From Takakia lepidozioides (Eukaryota; Plantae; Bryophyta): a DNA stretch of 64,000 bases. The stretch spans positions 43,400,001 to 43,464,000 of the forward strand of contig CM060734.1 in NCBI GenBank assembly GCA_030704615.1, read 5' to 3'. The notes below the pieces were generated by a model, which did no database searches, had not been told where the DNA came from, and saw only the letters and a program-made list of their open reading frames with translations. A program made the position numbers and the translations under genes. Below, in pieces: positions 10,940-21,711 of the stretch (the first letter of the stretch is position 1; each line of letters starts with the position of its first letter).

Positions 10940-13452
10940 ATGTAGCTTTGATTACGTGTCTAATCAACTTGAACATCATCATCCGGAGCTTCTTCATCCT
11001 CATCAAGCTGCAAGTCTTCTTGGTCATCGGAGTCATCATCATAAATGGCCCGGCCCTCAAAAGCACCTCCGTATCATCCTCCACCTCGTTGTCAATGGTC
11101 GTGTCTTCATCTCCTTGTCCAACATCCGTATCTTCTGGAGCTTCATCATATAGGGTCCGAGATGCATTCTTCAGGGCATTATCATCCTCTTCTACCCCCT
11201 CTACCCAACCTCCATCATCAGCATCATTATGACCAGCCCATCCCTCCACCGTAATTACTTCATCCCGTGGAGATCTGAGACCATGATAGATACGTCTTCC
11301 TCTTGACTGAGCATGCACAACCACCTTCCAATTCCCCCTCTTGTTTTGTCATCGGAGAAGAAAACTTGTTTCATGTCTGAAAGAAATGCAAAAGGTTCAT
11401 CGGAGGGACGATGAGTAGGATTGAGCCTATCTGCATTGACGCGCATAAAACCACAATCATCTCGCACTAGTGTTGCGGAGGGCCCCACAAAATGTGGCTG
11501 GAACCACCTTCCCTTGAAGAGAAGAGGCCGGTACCTTGTATATTGAAGTTAGAATATGCTCTCAAGCTCTTCAATGTACTCAAGTTTGCTCATAGCAGGT
11601 CGTGTATCTCCCTTACCCCACACGAAGTCTTGCCAATATGTGGCACACAAGCCAGAATCAAAGGTTGTTTTGCGCTTCATGTCAAGAGCACAAATGCGGA
11701 AATGACGATCGTGATCCCAAACCGCTGTGTATAAGGTCGTGCATTGATTGGAGCCCCTTGCAAGGTCGTGCACCATATCTGAAACCACCTCACCTTGAGA
11801 AATGACGTCATAAATTGAAGTCTTGAGCCACTGTTGGAATGAACTTAGAGGCTGCAATTCCACGGGCAAATCTTGTGAAGGAACATTCCGGCGGCCCGCT
11901 CCTCGTCGACGGCGTCTAGTAACCGGCCTTGGATGGTTGTGCCTCCATGCAAGCGTCTCCTCGTCTTGTTGTTGAACAAGGTTATTGTATCTTGTCTCCC
12001 ACTCATGTATGGATGGGGTGTTCTTCAGTATGAAATCATGCGTTTGCTCAATAACCAAGGTCAGCAATTTTACCCTCTTCGATTTTTTGGGCAAAACGAT
12101 GGTTCGTGCATCCTCCTCTTCCTTCCACATCCGATGGACTTCCTCATCCACCTTTGCCATGTACTCCATGCAATAGAACATAGCTTCTTGCAATGTATAC
12201 CCCTCCGTCATGCTACCCTCCGGGTGCGACATTTGTCTTACAAATGCTTTCAAAGTCTTCATGTAACGCTCAAGGAAGTACATCCACCGAGAATGAACGG
12301 GGCCGGCAATCGAAGCATCTTCCACTAAGTGCACTACCAAGTGCACTTGGATGTCCCACGTACTGCAATGAGCAAGATGTTTGCAAAATATTGTGGTAGT
12401 CATGAGACTTCAAACCATGGACCCCGTCTTCGTTGAACTTCTTATGGAGGGATGACCCATAACCAGTTGGACAGCATCTATGGTGGCTATCACATTCTTG
12501 TATTCCTCCTTTGTCCATTGCCAAGGTGCGCGCCTATACTTCCACCGTACAACACCCTTTGGGTCCATACCATTTTGTTCGGCCCATAGATGGCGCATGC
12601 GACCCTGCCCCTCAAGCTCCTTTCTAACACCGAGAGAATCTCCTTTTGCAGCCACTCCCTTCTTTGCCGGCGTGCCATGAAGAACCCGAAAAAGGGACGA
12701 GCAGACATTCTTCTCAATATGCGTGGGATCTTGAAGATGGCGAATCTTCATGTCATACATATATCCCCACCCACAAATACTTACACAATTTTTTTGATGT
12801 GAAAGTAACAATGCAACGCATACCAAATGTGCAATATCACATGCATGCATAGGGATATTGACGGTGTTTTTGTAGAATACGTACCGCCCAATATGGCAAC
12901 TCGTAGAAGATTGAAAGTCGCTTCATGCCGGGCACGTCCACTTCACCGACCGTGCCCGTATGGACCTCCTTCCATCGGTCTTCCCAAAACTGCCTGGATG
13001 GTGTCACAGGGAGGGGGACGTACCTCCTCTTTGCCATCAAACAAGTGTTTCTCTCTTCTTCTCCATCGATGGCTCATAGGAAGAAACTTGCGGTAGTTGG
13101 GATACACCATCTTGCGAAGATGGCGGGAGCTATGTGCATCAAGATCATTGCCACAATGCAAGCACACATGGTACCCTTTGGTGCTTAGCCCCGAGCAAAC
13201 AGTTAGTCCTGTACACATCCCGCCACATTAGCCAAGACAAGAAGTTCTCAAGACTGTCGCCTTGACAAGACTATCCGGCCTTGACAAGTAAATGTATGCG
13301 GGTTCTTCATGGGGAACATAATATACCTGGATAATCATGCATTGTCCACAGCAATATGCCTCTCATCTGAAAAAATTGTCCGGCCATAGGGTCAAGTGAA
13401 CCATCCAATGCCGGAACCCCCCTCCATAGCTACTTAAGTTCATCAACTAGTC
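10940..13452 (-). pseudogene. CACTA TnpD transposase 3' half (Transposase_21 C-terminal part, DUF4218, DUF4216), with introns, stops and frameshifts
   Basis: LVDELK*LW, LLWTMHDYPG, SGLSTKGYHVCLHC, SIFYELPYW, HIEKNV, GLKSHDYH, HLVVHL..GPVHSRWMYFLERYMKTLK..PEGSMTEGY, DEPFAF..QVFF. Confidence 0.9.
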
Positions 13453-13801
13453 CATGTTTGCCACTTGTTTTTTCCCTATGAGACATTCACATCATTGTTT
13501 CAATGCTCCACCAATATGCAAATTATACTACATAATGAATTACACGTCTTACTCCATGATTATGTCACTCATCAATCTTGCATCCGAATTGCGCCAGAGA
13601 TCATAAGATTAATGTAAAGTCCAAGGGAATAATAAGCATGAAATTGTGAGGAAGGATTTATTGTCTTGGGCTCTCTAGCACCATAGGGATGCTCCGCCTT
13701 CGGTTACCAATTTTGAAAGCCCCGAGGCTGAGGCATAGGGTTTTTTCGCCAACGGTTTTTGAGAAATGAAAATGCTGGTGGTGTGTGTTAATTAGGATGC
13801 G

Positions 13802-15460
13802 ATGGTGAGGAAACATCAACCCGTCTCCCTCGAGGATGGGGAGGTAGTACCACATATCGATTGTGGCCCTAGAACGATCGTTTTTCGTGGCGAGGAACCA
13901 CCCATTGCACTTGATCCAATACAGGCTGCCGGACACAATCGTAGAAGGGACCGGGCCCAAATTTCAGGTGATGCGGAGGATGTTGACACTCCGAGATCGA
14001 GTCGGAAGCGCCGCAAGTTACCCCGTCCACCCACGTCCACCTTTGACCCCCCCCCCCCCCCCGACAGGATTGAGTGTTGGTGCACTAAGTGTTGGGAACA
14101 GATACCGCCGGGCGGCACCAGACCACCGAGGCGGCGACCGCATATTGTCGAAAAACATTACAAGAAGAACATGATTGTGGATGCGGCAAAGGTGAGTGTT
14201 TTTCCCACCCTTCTCATTAACATTCATTTAAGGTACATTTAGGTTTATCTAATAATATAGTATGATTGATAAGCATACATGAATCCAAATTACGACATAA
14301 GTATTGATGCGTCATTCACTGCGCATATTGCAGCCACGACTTGATGCCCAAGCTCGCAATCACATTGCACAGGAGGCATTTCGCGCCGGTCTACTTGCAA
14401 AATTTGTGTCAAAGCATGTGCCCGATGTGACCAGTTGGTTCCCCCAGCAGCACGTAGATGAGATGCGTAGGGTCCAGGGGTATCGTAGGTGTCATAGGCA
14501 TTATGGCTGGCGCCAAGCAGGCCAACCCCCCCCCTAGTTTCCTCAGGCGGTCCCCTTGATCCAGTGTCATCATCTGATGATTCTCCGCACCGTACATGCA
14601 ATAGCAGCTTGCAGGTCGATTGTGCCCCACCCCCGTCTGTTTCTTTACCTGATCCACCTCTGGTAGTACTTGATCCGAACGTTGTATCCCCAACAGCACC
14701 TCCGACATTACATCCTCAACCACCTCCACTTTCATCTCCTCCGCCAGCAGTACCACCTCCACCTCCACCTCCATGTGCATGTGCCCCCCGAACCCCTATG
14801 AGGGGTCGGCTTCGCCCTAGGTTTCCTCTCCTTCGGCTTGGGCGGCCTGAGCTGGATCCTCGCCCCCGATGGCAAGCGCATAAGACTATGTTACTGAGGA
14901 CCGTCCAGCCTCGTTGTTGGGGGAATCATCTCGACCCTCCTATCCCTATCCGAGAAAATGTGGAGTTCGAGTATTGGGGGAGACGGTATGTTGTGAGAGC
15001 CGCTACAGACCCTGCTATGGGTCGGGGTTTATTCACGGTCAATGATATTGTGGTTCTTCCTCGGAGAAACACCATGGTGGATTTGTTTCCCTACTACGGT
15101 CCATACTACACCTCTAAGGAGTTCCGTACATTACGCCTCGAACCCCATACATCCTACCCTACATTTTGTGTGTCAATGGACAGGATGTACGTAGACGGGG
15201 GTTGTCTCCCATTGAGATCAGATTTTGTGATAGTGACCCCGATATCTTTGGCAATGTTGTTGGGCTCATCAATAGTTTTTTTGGTCATCCTAGGAGAACC
15301 AATGTAGTATGGGACGAGCGAAGCGATGGGCATGAGAGCTTTTGTGGTCATACGTCGATATACTGTGAGGGGATGCACATGTTTGTCATGACATGTGCTA
15401 GTAGGACTATTAGGGCTGGCAGCGAGCTATTTGCATCATACGAGTTCCGGGATGATTGGG
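13802..15460 (+). pseudogene. CACTA accessory gene: transposase-associated-type Cys/His motif, Pro-rich linker and SET-like domain
   Basis: Exon 13802-14191 (IECWCTKC...VEKHY); GT-AG intron 14192-14333 in phase 0; SET-like region ~14981-15447 (MGRGLFT..DI, PYYG, GNVVGLINS, ASRTIRAGSELFASY); frameshifts near 14535 and 15170. Confidence 0.65.
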
Positions 15461-16414
15461 ACCTCCGGTTGCAATTTTGCATATGTGATCTAAACATACT
15501 TGTGCACATGTGGACCAAATATGAGCTTGAACCAAGTTGATTCAATGGGTCATTGTAGTGTTGAACGCAGCTACGTGTCGTAGAGACGGAAAATTACGTT
15601 TCGCCTGCACATGATTTTTTTTTTAATTCCATTTTCAAGCCATATGCTTAATGATAGCATATGCAATGTGCCTACAAAATTTGGGAGTAAACAAAAGTCA
15701 TTTGGACCCAGAACCATATTTTGTTCTCTCATTTGTATTCCAAAGTTGAGTTATCTTCAACTTAATGCACTCTTCATAGAGAGTTATGCAAAAGTGACCC
15801 TAGAATTTATTATTTTTATTATTATTATTTTCTATTTTGTTTTTGTCCAATGTTTTGCATGGATGTAGTGGTGCAAAGCCCGATGTCATAGAACAAAATA
15901 GAGCCAAAAATAAAATCATTACGCCCCTCAAGATTGCAATCCTATATTTTCTAAATGCAAATATTTATTTTAATTTATTCTAAATTCGATTTAATTCAAA
16001 ATTGGTGCAAGGTGAGTGCGTCGTTGGGGAGGCAATTTTTTTTTTTAAATATATTATTATTATTATCTCTGCTGGATCTTTGTACATGTGTTGCACACAT
16101 ATTTAAGCACATGTAGGAAAAAATAAAGCTTGAACCACATCCGTTTGATGGGTGCAATGGCATGAGAGAATTTTCTTTCACATTAATAAATAAAAATTGG
16201 TTGATAGAGTGAACGCGTCCTTGGGGGGCCAAATGATTTTGTTTGGGTTTGAAACTTTGCATGCGTGACGTTGTGCACATACATGTAATTATTGAATGAC
16301 ATATTTGATGCATGCACACATTAAAGGTTGTTGTTTGCATTTCGCTTATAATAAGTTGTATGGTTGCAATGACACATTATAATATATGTCCCTATATTCA
16401 TTTGTTCGTATCAG

Positions 16415-17037
16415 GACTTTATCCATCCCTTCCCGGTCCTTTCTCTTGGCACCCCATCCGAAACAACCCAATTACATCAGGCGGGAGCCGTGGGCGAGAC
16501 GTCGCCCCCACGGTACCGGACGATGATGACGATGACAGTGACAACAACAATGAGCATGGAATTAACCAAGAGGATGTGCAAGCCATGGATGATCTCTTAA
16601 TGCATCATGTGGGCGCTAATGCATCACATGGAGAGGAAACCCGGCCAATCGATGATCCTGAAATGGCCCCCTCAAATGACATGGAGAGAGAGACAAGAAC
16701 TCCCTTGTAGAAAGGGGCGAAAGTGAGTCGACTTTCAACAATCTTACTTTTGCTCAATCTTCAAATTCGATGTGGCATAAGTAATGTTGGGATGTCTCCA
16801 TAATGCGAACTATTGCGGACTATATCCTTGTTGCACACTTGAAACCCAACATGCCACGGTCGCGGAAAGAGGCGCGTGAAGTCTTGGACTCTGTGGGGAT
16901 GGGCTATAAGATGTTTGATGCATGTCCATGTGATAAAACCCTATACTACGGAGAGGATTCACGTCTCACCAAGTGCCCAAAGTGCAATGAAGACCGATAT
17001 CGGGATGATGTCCAAGGGAAAAAAGTACCACGCAAGG
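16415..17037 (+). pseudogene. CACTA TnpD 5' exon (copy 2), premature stop
   Basis: MPRSRKEAREVLDSVGMGYKMFDACPCDKTLYYG...CPKCNEDRY...VPRK followed by a GT donor; AG acceptor at 16414. Confidence 0.8.
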
Positions 17038-17379
17038 TATAAGCGTCATTTCCCCTCGCATGGAAATTTTCTTCTTTAATCTTGTCAATGCATGTAAAGT
17101 GTATTCCACAAAGTTTAGGGTTTAGAGAGTAGTACTCATGCAAGATCTGATTTTGGTTTTGGAAGGAGTGAGTGAGGAGTGTAAAGAGCGACGTTCGGTT
17201 TTGACCATTCACGCCCAAATGAGGGAGAGGCTGCATAAAGGGAAAGACATAAGGGTGTTGTATTATGTGTGCTAATGGGATGATTACATGTGGGGGACGT
17301 GGGGTATTTCATCCTAGAAAATGCATTACTTTCCGATCATCCCGCGATTGAGGGCACAGTACCGAAGCCCCGAATTGGC

Positions 17380-20002
17380 CAGACTCAAGAGATGGAAATG
17401 CTCACAAGACAGGTGCAGACACTTAAGGAGCAGGTGGATACACTCAAGGGGCAGCTGAAGACTGCCAAAGACCAGGGAAATAAGTGGCTCTTATGCAACA
17501 CTGTACTGCTGAGGGACAGGGAAAAAAAGCAGGCTGTTAACAGCCACCACAGAAAGAGACATTGCCATAGGCAATGAACAAAAATGGAAACAGCAGCTGG
17601 AGAAGCTGACATTGCAAGCAGGGCTGGACACAGCAGACGCAGCCTTGGCCCGAGCCTGGTTGAGTGAAGGGAGTGAACTGCAAATGAAGAAACTCAACAA
17701 GGCAATGGTAAGACAAATGAAATGTCAATTGACGAAGTTGGTGACAGACATTCACGAGGAATTTCTGCCACCAATTCCAGAACAAGATGAGCTCATGGAC
17801 GAAGACGACCAAGAGGAACAAGACCATGAACAAGAAGCACCAATACAATCAACAACAACAACACTAGCACAAACACCACCAACAACACAACCACCACAAA
17901 GTCAACAGGCACTGGTATAGGCCACAACAGAGCCATCTACTCAGGAGGTAAACCCCGTACCATTACCAAGTGTTATGGTGGCATCAACTTCGGTAGTAGG
18001 GGATGGTTTCCAAATCATGCCATGCAAGCAAGATGAAGAGTGACTAAAGTATTTAAAGGATTTTTTCTAAAATGGTGATAGTCCCAGCCCACCAAATCCC
18101 AAAATTACTGGAAAAGGTATTCAAAACCTTAACCCCCTGTAGGTCATTGGGTCAATTGCATCTGCTCAATCAAACTCTCATACCTTTGAGATACAGGATG
18201 AGGCCACTGGCTAGGGAAGAGACATGGTCAGGGGTAGAATTGGTTGAATTCTGGCGCCAGGCTCCCCTGGAGTACAAGGAGCTGGTTGCTTACATGTGGG
18301 CAGTGGGGCAATTGAAGATTAATCATACCCTGACAATAGATGTTATAATGGGCTGCCCAAGTTTTTATATTGGCAGTTACTTGTACCGGATGTTCATGAC
18401 AATGACGGGAAGCTGGCAGCGCTATGAGAGTATTGAAAAAGATACTCACTGGGAATTACCCAAATTCCAGCCACCAGAGAAAGTCGCAGGCACTTCAGCA
18501 TATATGAACAGACCACTATATGCTGAAGCATGGCGCCAGGCGAAAGACCATTTTTCACCATTGGTCTTGGACAGAGACCCCTTTCAGAGAAACAGGGAAC
18601 GCAAGCTGTTAAGTGGTTAATGGGCAGCAGGGCGACTAAAAACATTATACCCTGGACCAAGGAGGAGCTGCAAACCTACCGAGAAACCCTGACCACCAAA
18701 ATCAACATGGTACGTGGGGACGGAATAGTAGAACACCCTGATGACGAAAGCTGGCCCACTCACGAACCACAGGAGCAACCAGACAGTGATGACAACAGAA
18801 ACAAGAAGCTGCCACCACGACAATCCTATGACGCACTTCCTAACCACTGACTAGCAGACAGGCATGTCACCACCCTACATCCCCAAGAGATACAACAAAC
18901 ACAAGAACTGACGAAATTGTGCAGACACAATTTCAAAAGAGAGGGGAGAATAAATGATAACGGCTAAGCTACGAGGGCCAGACAGCGAGGGTCATGATGG
19001 GACATACTGGGTGGTGATTGGTTTACACTACCTGGTCACGGGCAGAAAAGGCTAAGTACGCGGCACTTATCAAATGGCGGTACAAGGGTACATTACCACG
19101 AGAGCAGTAGGTGGTAGTGTAGCAATCGTGGGCCGTGAACCACGATATCACACGGCCACGATAGCATCAGCTTTTACTAATAGAGGAAGTAGTGAAGGAT
19201 CGTGGACCGTGTACCACTATGGCACACGATCACTACAACGAACCACTTTTTTAGCAAACCGTTTAGGTTGCATAGGCAGTTAGACAACGGTCATTAACGA
19301 CTGAAGGCTGTAACGGCTCTTTCGAGCATTGTATAAAAGGGCTACATGCAACTTAAAAGGTATCAGTGATTAGTGTGTATTCAGTGGACTCAGAGTGATT
19401 TGATGTGTACTTATGCTATGATGTGATGAACTCTGAAGTAAAGCCATGCTATTCGAAGTATCTCTGTGTAGAGTGAACGGGAGATGGGGAGAATGTGCAT
19501 TATGAGAGAACGTGAGATGGTGAGAATGTGTATCATCTCAGAATAGCTCTGGTTTTATCTTGACTACCATCTGACTGTATGAACAAAGACGCTTCAATCT
19601 TTCCGACTAATATCTTTTAGGCCAATGAGACTGTAGATTGGGCTTAATCAATAGGATTCAGCAACCTGTAGAGATATTGATTCATACGACGGCCATGGTT
19701 TAGCTATCCTTAAAACGATTACTTTGTAATCGTTTCTGAAAGCATACCGTCGGACAACTTCTGTTGCATGTCTTTGGAAATGGGCAGTAATGCTGAGAGC
19801 CTGTTTTGTCTAAGTCATAAACCAACGGTTAACAATGCCCTTGGCTTGACTTAGTTTATATGATTGAGTGGATTCATGAGTGGAGTGTTTCCATTGTGTG
19901 TTCACTTTCATTATCATTGTGGTATAGTTTTCTAGGATTGTGTGCTTAGATTGTGTGGTGGACAGTGATGTATGTTGTGGCACGATGCTTAGGTGCGCGA
20001 CA
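17380..20002 (+). mobile_element. 3' fragment of an LTR retrotransposon: degenerate extra ORF, PPT and ~1.05-kb LTR (18955-20002)
   Basis: Purine tract AAAAGAGAGGGGAGAA (18935-18950), then TG...CA; TATAAAAG at ~19333; LTR end resembles the Gypsy LTR end at 39357-39440; broken coiled-coil/acidic ORFs at 17390-18850. Confidence 0.65.
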
Positions 20003-20951
20003 CCTTGTACGAAGGGGCGAAAGTGAGTCGACTTTCAACAATCTTACTATTTCTCAATCTTCAAGTTCGATTTTGTCATAAGTAATGTTGGGATGTCTGC
20101 CATAATGCAAACTATTGCGGACTATATCCTTGCTCTACACTTGAAACCCAAGATACCACGATCGCGGAAAGAGGCGCGTGAAGTGTTGGACTCCGTGGGG
20201 ATGGGCTATAAGATTTTTCATGCATGTCCATGTGATAAAATCCTATACTACGGAGAGGATTCGCGTCCCACCAAGTGCCCAAAGTGCAAGGAAGACCGAT
20301 ATCAGGATGATGTCCAAGGGAAAAAGGTACCACGCAAGGTATAAGCGCCATTCCCCCTCGCATGGAAATTTTCTTCTTTAATCTTGTCAATGCATGTCAA
20401 GTATATTCCACAAAGTTTAGGGTTTAGATAGTAGCACTCATGCAAGATCTGATTGTGGCTTTGGAAGGAGTGAGTAATACTAGCGGCGTTCGGTTTTGAC
20501 CATTCACGCCCAAATGAGGGAGAGGCTGTATAAAGGGAAAGACATAAGGGTGTTGTATTATGTGTCCTAATGGGATGATTATATGTTGGGGGGCGTGGGG
20601 TATTTCATCCTAGAAAATGCATTACTTTCCGTTCATCCTGCGATTGAAGGCACACTACCGAAGCCCGGAGTTGGCAACACTGATGAGATGGCACGCCTCG
20701 CATCGGAACCCCCCGGGGAAAGGTGTGCGGGCCACAAGATTCACAAGCATGGAGACATACTGAAGAGATGTGGCATTTTCTCTTGGAGGACCCACGACAT
20801 GTCCGCCTCGGCTTCTCCTCGGATGGGGTCAACCCATACTCTGTCCAATCATGTAGTCATTCCACTTGGCCGGTGACTTTGGTGAATTACAACATCCCTC
20901 CGTATATTTCAATAAAAAAAGGCCATATCATGTTGGCTGACATTGTACCAG
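20003..20951 (+). pseudogene. Duplicated TnpD 5' exon and start of the Transposase_21 core
   Basis: 20003-20675 duplicates 16703-17379; DSQAWRH...DPRHVRLGFSSDGVNPY..HSTWPVTLVNYNIPP...IVPG followed by a GTGAGT donor. Confidence 0.85.
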
Positions 20952-20960
20952 GTGAGTATT

Positions 20961-21710
20961 CCTACCTCTGTCAGGGGCTGACATTGGTAGTAAGACTTAC
21001 CTTCACATATAGAATCAATCCGGGTTTTCCAGATATCCTCTAGAAATCCCTTCACACAAGGATCAATTTGCTATGTGTGATTTGCCCAAAAACTAGGCCT
21101 CAAAAGGGGCTGGGCTGTTGGCTCAGCCTCGAGACTTTCAAAGTTAGTAAACAGAGGTACATGCACAATTCTCTTGATAGATTTGAAGAGAACGTCTCTT
21201 TGGTGAGAGAACCCCGGACAATGTATCAGAAAATGAATAATGTCTTTAGGTTGCCCACACAACGGGCAATTGCACTCTCCCTTTCCTCTCTGCTTCTGTT
21301 TGCTTATCAAAGTAGGCTTCCTGCCTCGAGTTTAAATTTCAGTCTAATGCCAAGAGTGGGTAGACCCTTGAGGTCATTCAAGATGTCCTCCCCCATGTCA
21401 TAGACTGGAAACAAGATCAAGGAAGTTTTTTGCTTAACTTCACTTTCATCAGACAATCTCATGACAACAGACATGGACACTATAGCCTCTAAGTCAGATT
21501 TATCTAGCAGGGTGAAGACTTGCAGTTCCAGGTCCAGGTACTTGAGAATCTCTTCTACTGTTTTCTGCCAGGACTTAGCATGCTTGACAGGGCGGTGGGC
21601 GGTCCTGTTTCCAAGATATAGAGTCGATTAATTTATGATATGTGGTATTGGACATATGCTGCAGCTGACCCCACCATCTGACCTTAAACTCATCTTGTCG
21701 GGAGCTTAAA
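20961..21710 (-). mobile_element. LINE fragment (same family as 8516-10773), truncated at both ends
   Basis: Reverse complement of ~9965-10691, including CPLCGQPKDIIHFLIHCP. Confidence 0.88.
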
Positions 21711-21711
21711 A

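Larger units (their letters stand above)
7997..20960. mobile_element. Large rearranged CACTA element, copy 2 (left TIR at 7997; other terminus not found)
   Basis: Begins CACTACTGCAAAAAGGGGGGG with GC-rich subterminal repeats; contains TnpD fragments on both strands and the SET-like gene. Confidence 0.65.
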
